DNA of 64,000 nt from NCBI GenBank assembly GCA_046590575.1, contig JBKJUS010000012.1, positions 24,222-88,221 of the forward strand, written 5' to 3'. A program made the position numbers and the translations under genes. The notes beneath the pieces were generated by a model. That model was not told the DNA's origin. It saw only the letters and a program-made list of their open reading frames with translations, and made no database searches. Of this stretch, positions 1 to 8,977 are shown piece after piece; within the stretch, counting starts at the first letter, position 1; every line of letters begins with the position of its first letter. The stretch is from Mycobacteriales bacterium. Lineage in GTDB: Bacteria; Actinomycetota; Actinomycetes; BP-191.

Positions 1-1441
1 CGACGACGGCGCGCCGCGCATCTCCCACGCTGCGGGTATCAGCCGGCAGGTGCCAGGACTGCACCGTCGGCGCACCAGTGAGCCGAAGCGCCAGCAGGGC
101 CACGTCGTCATCACTGATCCCCGCCTCAGCCATCGTCGCGACCACCTGGTCGCAGAGGAGGTCAAGGTCGGTATCGCCGATCGCGCAGGCCCGCAGCAAC
201 CGATCGAGGCCGTCGTCAAGCGACTCACCCCGGCGCTCGATCAGCCCGTCGGTGTACATCACCAGTGTGCTGCCGAGGGGCAGCACCACAGTGCCGGGCA
301 CGACCGTCGGCCCACCACCAAGCCCGAGGGGGACGGTGAGCGCACCACTCAGCAGCGTTGCCTCTCCGGACGCCGACAGCAGGACCGGCGCAGGGTGCCC
401 TGCGCTGATGTAGTGCAGCTCCTGCGAGCTGGGGTCGACGACGGCATAGAACAGCGTCGCGACATAGCCTTCTACGGCATCACCGGCAGCCACCAGGAGG
501 TGCTCCAGCCGCTCGAGCACGGACACCGGTGACGGATCGACCACGGCGTAGGCCCGCAAGGCAGCTCGCAACTGCCCCATCGTGGCCGCAGCGCGCAGTC
601 CGTGACCCACGACATCGCCGAGCACGATCGCCAGCCGACCGCCCGGAAGCGGTATTACGTCGTACCAGTCACCGCCAACCCTTGCGCCGCTTGCCCCTGG
701 GAAATACCGCGTGGCGATCACCGTGCCAGGCGGGGAGGGGATGTGCTCGGGCAGCAGGCTGCGCTGCAGGGTTTCGGCGATGTCGTGCTCGCGCTCGTAC
801 TCTCTCGTGTTCTGCAAAGCGATGGCCCCGACTCGAGCAAGTTGCACGAGCACCGCCGCGTCGTTCTCAGTGAACTCACCAGTCATCTTGTCGGACAGCT
901 GCACCAGACCGATGGTGTTGCCGTCCGGCACTACAAGCGGCGCGGCAAGCCAACCGCGCAGGGGTGGATGCTCTGCGGCATGCTCCTCGAATTCGCGCCA
1001 AGCGGGGTGTGCCTCGAGCTCGGCTTGGCTCAGCCGTATCGGCATGTTGCGTTCGCCATGCAGGCGATAGATGTCGCAGCCAACGGGCGCCACCTCACGG
1101 CCGAGCCAGGCGGCGTATTTCTCCGATAGATGGATCGACGTCATCGCCTGAGCCCACTCGAAGTCCTGCGTCGTGCTCGTGACTGCCTGATGTGCACAGA
1201 GGATCTCCGCCGCGGCCACGGTGACGACGTCGAGGATCTCCTTGGTGGAGGACGCGGAGTTGATGGCGAGAGACGCATCCGCCAGACCACGGAGCTGACC
1301 CGACCGCAGCGCGAGCTCGGCCATAGTGGCGTCGCGGCGCGCCGACTCGTCGATCGCCGCGGCCTCCAACACCTCGATCAGCTGTTCAAGCGCGGCGATG
1401 GTGGAGCGCTGACGTGCGATTTCGGAGTCGAAAGCATTCAC
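1..1441 (-). CDS. GAF domain + SpoIIE/PP2C (RsbU-like) phosphatase, probably followed by an HATPase-like domain; runs off the left window edge
   Basis: Not in the ORF track. Manual minus-strand translation from GTG 1441: GAF (HPPLRGWLAAPL...IGLVQLSDK), EHDIAETLQRSLLP, VGGDWYDV, GDVVGHG, SAGHPAP, YTDGLIERR, DDDVALL, then WHLPADTRSVGDARRAV. Confidence 0.9.
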   Translation of the reverse strand, partial: MNAFDSEIARQRSTIAALEQLIEVLEAAAIDESARRDATMAELALRSGQLRGLADASLAINSASSTKEILDVVTVAAAEILCAHQAVTSTTQDFEWAQAMTSIHLSEKYAAWLGREVAPVGCDIYRLHGERNMPIRLSQAELEAHPAWREFEEHAAEHPPLRGWLAAPLVVPDGNTIGLVQLSDKMTGEFTENDAAVLVQLARVGAIALQNTREYEREHDIAETLQRSLLPEHIPSPPGTVIATRYFPGASGARVGGDWYDVIPLPGGRLAIVLGDVVGHGLRAAATMGQLRAALRAYAVVDPSPVSVLERLEHLLVAAGDAVEGYVATLFYAVVDPSSQELHYISAGHPAPVLLSASGEATLLSGALTVPLGLGGGPTVVPGTVVLPLGSTLVMYTDGLIERRGESLDDGLDRLLRACAIGDTDLDLLCDQVVATMAEAGISDDDVALLALRLTGAPTVQSWHLPADTRSVGDARRAVV

Positions 1442-2172
1442 TGCGGCACCGCATCGAAGGTACGCCCGACGAACGGCAGCACGGCGACCTTGACGCTCAA
1501 CGCGATGGTGCGGAAGAGACTCGCCGCCTCACGGCTAACCGGTACCCGAGAGAAGACGACGACAGCGAACATCTCGCCGCTGGGGAGCATCCCGCCGAAG
1601 CCAATGACCGATCGAACGCCGTACGGCGCCACGAAGTCATCCTGGGCCGGAACATACGGACTGTCCACGGCGTCGGCGACGTGAAAGACGTTGTACTGCT
1701 TCTGGTCGAGGTCGACGATCAACTCGGGATCGGGGCTCAGTAACGAGGAGAGCTCGAGACCCAACTGACTGAGTAACTGGGCGATCATCGGCGACTGCGC
1801 AACTGTCTCGGGGCTCGGCAGCGGGATCACGCGATGACTCCGGGAGCGCGCCGGGTCGTTCCAGTCGTCCTCGACGCCGGCTGACGCGAGCAGGGTGAGG
1901 CAAGGCAGCTCCGGCCACGGCGTGACACTTCCCAGGATGCGCTCCGCGAAGTCTCGGCGAGCCTGGTCGAGCTCGGCGAACGGCACCGTGAGGTAGAACC
2001 GAACGAGGATGCACTCGGTCTGCTTCTTGGGGCCGCTGAGGTCGTCGAAGAGCAGCCGTACGACCCGACCGGCCGCCTGCTCCATCGTCGTCACGTCGGC
2101 ACACGATGCGCGAAGTGCAGCTCCGCAACGGATCATGTCCGAGAGCGAGAACGAGCCCAGGGTTGCTGACAT
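1438..2172 (-). CDS. Conserved hypothetical protein, putative sensory partner of the downstream phosphatase
   Basis: 244 aa; GGAGAG RBS; GTGA stop/start overlap with the phosphatase gene; C-half looks GAF-like (FVAPYGVRSVIGFGGMLPSGEMFAVVVFS). Confidence 0.8.
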   Translation of the reverse strand: MSATLGSFSLSDMIRCGAALRASCADVTTMEQAAGRVVRLLFDDLSGPKKQTECILVRFYLTVPFAELDQARRDFAERILGSVTPWPELPCLTLLASAGVEDDWNDPARSRSHRVIPLPSPETVAQSPMIAQLLSQLGLELSSLLSPDPELIVDLDQKQYNVFHVADAVDSPYVPAQDDFVAPYGVRSVIGFGGMLPSGEMFAVVVFSRVPVSREAASLFRTIALSVKVAVLPFVGRTFDAVPQ

Positions 2173-2179
2173 CTCTCCC

Positions 2180-4324
2180 TCAGGCTAACGCCCGCCGCCG
2201 GTGCAGCTGCCTGCTCCCGATCGCTGCGCCCGCAGCCGCCAGGCCCAGCCAGGCGAGCACGGCGGGCACACCAGTAGCAGGGAGCGGAGCCGGCGCGGGG
2301 CGAGGTGCAGCAGGTACGGCAGGGGCAGGGGCGGCGATCGGTGCCGTAGCCAAGCCTGGACCGCTCAGCTGTCGGATCGCAATGCCGAGCGCCGACGGAG
2401 CACGCGCGCCCTCCGGGCTATTGCACTTGGCTTCATCGGTGCACGTGTCAGTGGCGGCAGCCCAGATCTCTCCGCCGCGGCTGATCTCCACGTCGATGAA
2501 GTCGAACATCCCGGCGCACCGGCCCGGGCCACAATTCCCCCGGTGGATCGGGTCGCTCGTCGGCTGGCCCGTGGTGGAGACGAACAGCGGCTCCGCCGCA
2601 TCGGCATTGAGCGAGGTCATCACGTAGTAGTTCCACGGGCGCGAGGTGGGGTCGACCTTCGGGTCGGCACTGTCGCGGTCGACCGTCGTCCCTGGGAACG
2701 AGATGGCGATCTGACCTGGCTTACCGACGTCGATCGTCGGGAAGTTCACCTCGAGAACGCCAGGAGGTGCGACGAGAATCGGCTCGGTCCACGTGTCACC
2801 GCCGTCGAAAGAGCGCGAGAGCAGCGGCACCCGCTCCTCCGCCGTCCACCACAGGTAGTAGATCGTCCCGTTGTCATCGACCTCGACGGACAGGTGGGGA
2901 CTTGCCGAGCCGAACTTGTCGTTGACCTGTACAGCTTTCCAGGTCTGGGCTCCGTCCTCGCTGATCGCCAGCCACGGAAAGCCGCAGTGGCCCTTGGGCA
3001 GGTAGAGGTTGCCACGGACGTCGGTGACGATGTGACCATGCAGGCCGCCGCAGAGCTGACGGTTGTCATTGACCCCGAGAAACGCTGGTTGGCCAGCTGG
3101 AAGCCAGGTGAGCCCGCCGTCGAGACTGCGGGCTCACCTGGCATCGGCAATGCGGTTGAAGCAGTAGTAGACGTAGTTGGGGTAGATCCCGAGACTCTGC
3201 ATCCCCTCCGGTGGCGGGCCAGTGACGACCGTCTGGTGGTCGTTGAGGCCGGGCTGACCGCACGCGACCGGGCTCTGCTGCCAGGTCTCACCCTTGTCGT
3301 CGCTGTACTGCAAGTAGTTGCACGCCAGGTAGAGGTCCGGAGTGAACACCCGACCGGTGTCCTCGTCGACGTAGACGTAGGGATCGAGCGTCGTCGGCGG
3401 CACGGTGGTCAGGTCGGCCGGGGTCGTGGTCTGCACCGACTCCCAGGTCTTGCCACCGTCGGTAGAGCGCTTGATCTCGGTGCGGGCGAGGGCACGCGGC
3501 ACCCCGAGGTTGGCCAGCGCATCGAAAGCGCCGGCTGCCATGAAGGCGACACCGTCTTCGTCAATGCCGATGGTCGGCTCGGCCGCATCGCGCTCGATCG
3601 AGTGGGCCTGCACCTCGAGCCGCGGACCGGCGTAACGGGCCAAGACGTTCTGCTGGCGCTCAGTCGGAGCTGCCGCCGCCTTGAAGACGGCCTGCGACGG
3701 CTCGGTGCGCGACCCGTAGTGGACAAGCAGGGCACCGGAGTCCGACGTCGGCACCGGACGAACCTGCAGGAGCAACGACTGCGTCACCGTTCCGTCGAGC
3801 TGAAGACGTGTGGTGTTGCGCTCCGGCGCGGCTCCGGCGCGCACGGTGACCTCGGTGCGACCGATGACCCGCTCAGCCGCCGTGCCCGGATCGGCGATCG
3901 CAGCGAGGGCCACCACCTCGTCGTTCAGCGTCGGAGTCGGCGAGCTCCACCACCAGGTGAGCTCGAGTGACCCGAGCACTCGGCCCTGCGTCACGAGACG
4001 CCAGGCCGCCACCCGTGGGTCTCCTGCTCGGTCCTCGTCCCCCTCGCGCGTCGCGCGCTGGGTCAGCGCCACCGGAGCGGTAGGCGCCGAGGCGGTCAAG
4101 CTCCCAGCGGAAGGTGCGCCGCCGAGAAAGTAGGTCGCGGTCGCGCCGGTCGCCGCGGCCTGCGGGGGGCCGGCGTACTTCACCGCACGGAAGGCTTGGT
4201 GCAGGCCCTTGACAGCTGGACCGGGCGCTTTCGGCACCGCTCCGGTTGCCGGGGCCGACAGACCGACCCCCGTCGCAGCAGCGGACAGCAACACAGCAAC
4301 GGCTACGGCGCGGCGACGGCGCAC
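2180..4324 (-). pseudogene. Secreted BNR/Asp-box (sialidase-like) propeller protein with LPATG sorting signal, interrupted by an in-frame TGA at 3134-3136
   Basis: ORFs 3134..4324 and 2180..2830 share a frame and the gap is open. Signal peptide, Asp-boxes (STDGGKTW, SDDKGETW, SLDGGLTW, SEDGAQTW, SFDGGDTW), C-terminal LPATG-TM-RRR. Confidence 0.8.
3103..3142. repeat. Perfect 15-bp inverted repeat with a 10-nt loop, covering the in-frame TGA
   Basis: gccaggtgagcccgc-cgtcgagact-gcgggctcacctggc. Confidence 0.95.
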
Positions 4325-4422
4325 AGGAACTCCAGGGGGCAGGGGTTACCGGCTGCTTCGCCGGGACTATCAGGAGTCCTGCCCGAGATGACCCAGCGGT
4401 ATGCGATTCCGGCAGCACCGAC

Positions 4423-5184
4423 TTAGGAGCGGTTGAGCCGGGTCACTTCGGCTTGAGACCGGTCGCGGACGATCGCGTACGCCGCATCGCCCGGGCACGC
4501 GGTGCTGGACATCTTCCGATGTCCCTCGATGGTGCGGGTGCGCACCGCACTGCCCTTGGGGAATCGGTTGGAGCCCCGCGAGACGAACGTCGTCGTCGTA
4601 CCCGGGTCAGTGCGCACGCCGTACTTGCGGGCGAGCCAGGCAAGCATCGAGATCATCGACTGCTGCGCAGCGGCTGTCGGCATGACGGTGCGGTGATCGC
4701 CGATCCAGCAGACGATCTGCGAGAAGCCCTGGGTGCCGCCGGTCGCCGACGGCACGACGGGCCGAGCCGCGCTGCCGGCCCGGCCCTCCCAGATGCCACC
4801 GTGGCGGTCGACGAGGAAGTTGTACGCAACATCCGGCCAACCCTTGTCGACGTGCAGCCGGTAGAAGCCGCGAAGGATGCCGGGGACCGCGGCAGCAGTG
4901 TAGGAGTTGCTCGACGCTGAGTGGTGCTCGAGCAGCACCTTCACATCGCCATCCCGCTCAACGTGCATCAGCCCGCGGACCGGGCAGCTGCTGCCCGCCC
5001 ACTGCGAGCGAGGGCGGATCCGGGGTGTCTTGGTCAAGAAGGACTCGGCGTCGGCGGACGTCGGCCACAATCCGGTGGCCGCAGCCGTGCCACCGAGTAT
5101 CGCGCCGAGGAGCACCGTGCGACGTGAGGGACCTAGCGTTGCGAGCTCAGGGCTGGCTCCAACTTCGGTGCTGGCGTCGCACAT
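4423..5184 (-). CDS. Tat-exported PGRP-like N-acetylmuramoyl-L-alanine amidase (Amidase_2)
   Basis: SRRTVLLG Tat motif; HHSA, GWPDVAYNF, GH..MSSTACPG Zn-amidase motifs. Confidence 0.88.
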   Translation of the reverse strand: MCDASTEVGASPELATLGPSRRTVLLGAILGGTAAATGLWPTSADAESFLTKTPRIRPRSQWAGSSCPVRGLMHVERDGDVKVLLEHHSASSNSYTAAAVPGILRGFYRLHVDKGWPDVAYNFLVDRHGGIWEGRAGSAARPVVPSATGGTQGFSQIVCWIGDHRTVMPTAAAQQSMISMLAWLARKYGVRTDPGTTTTFVSRGSNRFPKGSAVRTRTIEGHRKMSSTACPGDAAYAIVRDRSQAEVTRLNRS

Positions 5185-5201
5185 GTTGGCCTACCGCCCA
5201 G

Positions 5202-6446
5202 TCATCGCCGTGTGGTGACCGCAATCACGCCGGATGCGCCGGGTCGATTGACGTTGTCGCCTTCAATCACAGTGTAGACACGCAGCGTCTGCCCACACCC
5301 GTAGGACTTGCGAAGCAGGAACCGTCCGTCCTGCTGCACGACGCCGGTGCCCAACGCCACGGTCGATCCCGAAGAGGTAAGCGCGCGGACGTACACCGCC
5401 GCTCCCGGCTTCGGCTCGAACACGGCACCAGATACCTGCACTACGCAGCCAGTCAGCGCAGCAACCGACTGGCGTACCGCCGTGCTCACCGCGATGAATC
5501 GAGTCGCCGAGCGCAGGTCACCCACGCGCGCCTGCAGGTTCACGTTCCGCAGGGGTCGGATCGACTTCGACCACTGTCCCCCCGCATCCACGATCACTGT
5601 CGGCGTATTCACTCGGGTGATCGTCCCGGACGGTGCAGTCACCCCCCACAGCTCCACGGTATCGCCCGGACGGCCTGTGCCACTCACCGTCACTTCCACC
5701 CCCGCTGTCGCCGTGGCCGGCGCCTCTAACGTCGGAGCTGAAGTGGGTGCTGAGCTCGGAGACGCGGACGGTGGGCCGCCGCCCGACGCGCAGCCGGTGC
5801 CGTCGCTGTAGATCGACGTCTCGAACGGCACGAACTCGTTCCAGCTGCTACGGCCGGCCGCGTTCGGGTAGCTGACGAGAGTGGCGCCGTGACAGGCCTT
5901 GAGCGGCTTCGGCTCCTGACGGACCCCGTTGACGACGATCTCGAAATGGAGATGGTTCGTCGGGCACGGTTCGTTGTAGCCGGTCGATCCCATCGCGCCC
6001 AGCACAGTGTCTTGGTCGACCCATTGGCCCTCTCCCGCAGCGAAGGACGCGAGATGGTAGTAGTAGCTTCGCACGCCGTTCCCGTGGTCGACGTAGGAGT
6101 AGTTGCCGGGCGTTCCGGGACCGCCGCAGGCGCTCGATCGGCTGGTGACATGGAACTGACCAGCCCCGGCCGCATAGACAGAGTCACCGGGCCGGTTGTC
6201 CGGATCGAGTAGGTCAAGCGCCCAGTAGCCGTGGTAGGGCCCGGCGCAGTTCGTCAGAACGCAGCCGATCACGGCTGGAGCGCGCAGCGGCACCCACTCC
6301 GGATAGCTCTGCTTGCCGGGAGAGGCGGCCGACGCTGTCGGTGCAACTTCTGCGTCCCAGCCACCCCAGCCCAAGAGCACGACGACCACCAGGACCGCGG
6401 CCGCCCGGGCGCCGTACCGCTGCATGCTGCTACGTACGGCCGACAT
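5202..6446 (-). CDS. Secreted M23 family metallopeptidase with C-terminal Ig-like domains
   Basis: Signal peptide; HGYWALD, YYYHL, GSTG, NHLHFE motifs; start moved to ATG 6446 because the longer ORF overlaps the E2 gene. Confidence 0.85.
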   Translation of the reverse strand: MSAVRSSMQRYGARAAAVLVVVVLLGWGGWDAEVAPTASAASPGKQSYPEWVPLRAPAVIGCVLTNCAGPYHGYWALDLLDPDNRPGDSVYAAGAGQFHVTSRSSACGGPGTPGNYSYVDHGNGVRSYYYHLASFAAGEGQWVDQDTVLGAMGSTGYNEPCPTNHLHFEIVVNGVRQEPKPLKACHGATLVSYPNAAGRSSWNEFVPFETSIYSDGTGCASGGGPPSASPSSAPTSAPTLEAPATATAGVEVTVSGTGRPGDTVELWGVTAPSGTITRVNTPTVIVDAGGQWSKSIRPLRNVNLQARVGDLRSATRFIAVSTAVRQSVAALTGCVVQVSGAVFEPKPGAAVYVRALTSSGSTVALGTGVVQQDGRFLLRKSYGCGQTLRVYTVIEGDNVNRPGASGVIAVTTRR

Positions 6447-6498
6447 CAATTGCCCCCCTTGCGGGCCGCCCCCTGGCCCGATGTCGAACGCTACACGG

Positions 6499-7983
6499 CT
6501 AGCTCCAGGCGAGGAAGGTGGCCGGGTCGTGCAGCATCGCAGCGATGTCGGCGAGGAACTGCGAGCCGAGCTGACCATCGACGATGCGGTGGTCGAATGA
6601 CAGCGCGAGCTGGGTGACCTGGCGGATGGCGATCTCGCCTTCGTGCACCCACGGCATGTCGCGCACCGCACCGAAGCAGAGGATCGCCGACTCGCCCGGG
6701 TTGAGGATCGGCGTGCCGTTGTCGACCCCGAACACACCGACGTTGGTGATCGTGATCGTGCCGCCCGCCATGTCAGCCGGCGATGTCCTGCCCTCGCGGG
6801 CGACCGCGGCGAGAGCGCCGAGCGCCGCAGCTAGCTCGGGCAGCGAGTGCTGGTCGGCGTCTTTGATGTTGGGCACGATCAGCCCACGCGGCGTCGCGGC
6901 GGCGATGCCGAGATTGACGTAGTGCTTGAGGACGATCTCCTGCGCTGCCTCGTCCCACGACGAGTTGACCATCGGATTGCGCTTGACCGCGACGAGCAGA
7001 GCCTTGGCGACGAGCAACAGCGGGGTCAGCTTCTGGCCGGCGAAGTCGGGCAGCGCACCAAGCCGCTTGCGCATCGCCATCATCTCGGTGACGTCGACGG
7101 TGATGAACTCGGTGACATGCGGCGCGGTGAACGCCGATGCCACCATCGCCGAGGCCGTGAGCTTGCGGACGCCCTTGATCGGGAGACGTTCTTCGCGGGG
7201 ACCGTCGGCCGGCCGGCGTACGACGGGCGCGGTCATCGTGGTGGCGACAGTGCCGCTCGGTGCCGCACCGGTCGCGGCAGCCTGCACATCGTCGCGGGTG
7301 ATGCTGCCCTGAGGTCCCGTCCCGGCGACCGATGCGAGATGGACGCCGAGGTCCTTGGCTAGTTTGCGTACCGGCGGTTTGGCCTTGACCGGTCCAGCGC
7401 TCGGGTGCGGCATGGAGATCTCGCTGGCATGCGCCGCGACGGTGGCTGCCGACACGCGCGCAGGGGCAATGACCGGCACCCCGGGGGCGAGCCCGGCGTC
7501 CTTGCGCGGACGTCGGACTGCCTTGGTGTCTTTGATCCCGTAGCCGACGAGGACGGCAGTGCGGCCGCTGGACGTCTTCCCGCCGATTTTGCCTTCCTCG
7601 ATGGCTTCGTCAGCCCCGTCTTCTTCGTCTTCGACCACGTCGGACGAGGGTGGGCTGGTGCCGGAGAGCTCGGCCTGCACGGCTTGCCGTGCCCGGTCCT
7701 GCGCCACGTCGTCCGCGACGTCCATGGGACCGGACCCGGGTGCAGTGTCGACGGCGATGATCGGCTGCCCGACGTCGACGGTGGTGCCCTCGGCGTAGTA
7801 GAGCTTTGTCACGACACCGGTGAACGGCGACGGCACCTCCACGGCAGCCTTGGCGGTCTCCACTTCGACGATGGGCTGCCCGTCCTTGACCTCATCACCG
7901 ATGGCGACCAGCCACTTGAGGATCTCGCCTTCGGTCAAACCCTCGCCGAGGTCGGGGAGCTTGAACTCCTTGATGCGCGACAC
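6499..7983 (-). CDS. pdhC: Dihydrolipoamide acyltransferase (E2) of a pyruvate/branched-chain 2-oxoacid dehydrogenase
   Basis: Lipoyl domain (VETAKA), E3-binding domain (GTGPQGSITRDD), catalytic SFDHRIVDG; GTG start at 7983. Confidence 0.93.
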   Translation of the reverse strand: MSRIKEFKLPDLGEGLTEGEILKWLVAIGDEVKDGQPIVEVETAKAAVEVPSPFTGVVTKLYYAEGTTVDVGQPIIAVDTAPGSGPMDVADDVAQDRARQAVQAELSGTSPPSSDVVEDEEDGADEAIEEGKIGGKTSSGRTAVLVGYGIKDTKAVRRPRKDAGLAPGVPVIAPARVSAATVAAHASEISMPHPSAGPVKAKPPVRKLAKDLGVHLASVAGTGPQGSITRDDVQAAATGAAPSGTVATTMTAPVVRRPADGPREERLPIKGVRKLTASAMVASAFTAPHVTEFITVDVTEMMAMRKRLGALPDFAGQKLTPLLLVAKALLVAVKRNPMVNSSWDEAAQEIVLKHYVNLGIAAATPRGLIVPNIKDADQHSLPELAAALGALAAVAREGRTSPADMAGGTITITNVGVFGVDNGTPILNPGESAILCFGAVRDMPWVHEGEIAIRQVTQLALSFDHRIVDGQLGSQFLADIAAMLHDPATFLAWS

Positions 7984-7999
7984 GAGGTATCGACCCCTC

Positions 8000-8977
8000 T
8001 TAGTAGGCGAGCGAGCGGTCGACGGCGTCGAGCACCCGATCGAGATCGGGGAGGTACTCCTCCTCGAGACGCGACGGCGGGTACGGCGTATCAAAGCCGC
8101 TGACCCGCAGCACCGGAGCTTCGAGCGAGTAGAAGACCTTCTCGGTGATCCGGGCGGCGAGCTCGGAGGCGATGCTGCAGTTGCTCGGGGCCTCAGAGAC
8201 GACGACGGCACGACCGGTGCGCCCCACCGAGGCGAGGACGGTGTCCATGTCGAGCGGCGACAACGTCCGCAGGTCAATGACCTCGAGCGACGGGCCACCG
8301 TCCTTCTCCGCGGCCACTGCGGCATCGAGAGCGACCTTCACCATCGGGCCGTACGCCAGCAGCGTGACGTCGCGACCCTCGCGCAGCACTCGCGCCTGCC
8401 AGAGCGGATCAGGGCGGACCGTGGTGTCGAGGTCGGCCTTCTCCCAGTAGCGCCGTTTGGGTTCGAAGAAGACGATCGGGTCGTCGCACTTGATCGCCTG
8501 CTGGATCATGAAGTACGCGTCGACCGGGTTGGAGCAGGCGACGACCTTCAGCCCGGCGGTGTGCGCGAAGTAGGCCTCGGGCGACTCGCTGTGATGCTCG
8601 ACGGCGCCGATGCCGCCACCGAAAGGGATCCGGATCGTGATGGGCAGCCGCACATGCCCGCCGGAGCGGTACGGATACTTCGCCAGCTGCGTCACGATCT
8701 GGTCGAACGCCGGATAGACGAATCCGTCGAACTGGATCTCGCACACCGGCCGGTAACCACGCAGCGCGAGGCCGATCGCCGTACCGACGATGCCTGACTC
8801 GGCAAGCGGGGTGTCGATGACCCGATCCTCGCCGAAGTCCTTCTGCAAACCGTCGGTGATGCGGAAGACACCGCCGAGCTTGCCGACGTCCTCGCCCATG
8901 ATGAGGACCTTGGGGTCGTCCTCCATGCTCTTGCGCAGTCCCTCGTTGAGAGCTTTGCCCAGCGTGACCTGCGCCAT
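8000..8977 (-). CDS. pdhB: 2-oxoacid dehydrogenase E1 beta subunit
   Basis: GEDVGKLGGVFR, DTPLAESGIVG, EHHSESPE motifs. Confidence 0.95.
   Translation of the reverse strand: MAQVTLGKALNEGLRKSMEDDPKVLIMGEDVGKLGGVFRITDGLQKDFGEDRVIDTPLAESGIVGTAIGLALRGYRPVCEIQFDGFVYPAFDQIVTQLAKYPYRSGGHVRLPITIRIPFGGGIGAVEHHSESPEAYFAHTAGLKVVACSNPVDAYFMIQQAIKCDDPIVFFEPKRRYWEKADLDTTVRPDPLWQARVLREGRDVTLLAYGPMVKVALDAAVAAEKDGGPSLEVIDLRTLSPLDMDTVLASVGRTGRAVVVSEAPSNCSIASELAARITEKVFYSLEAPVLRVSGFDTPYPPSRLEEEYLPDLDRVLDAVDRSLAY

Noticed and set aside
50-1684. Plus-strand ORFs 50..532, 602..1129 and 1130..1684
   Set aside because: Antisense shadows of the minus-strand phosphatase and its partner gene.
3095-3133. Canonical bacterial SECIS after the TGA
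   Set aside because: The loop is only about 6-10 nt from the UGA and the stem includes the UGA itself, which does not match known SECIS geometry. Kept only as a minor alternative.
2201-3970. 589-aa plus-strand ORF, and similar long ORFs 10575..12410, 23779..25704, 48936..50612, 55679..57448
   Set aside because: High-GC antisense or alternative-frame shadows over well-supported genes; no recognisable motifs.
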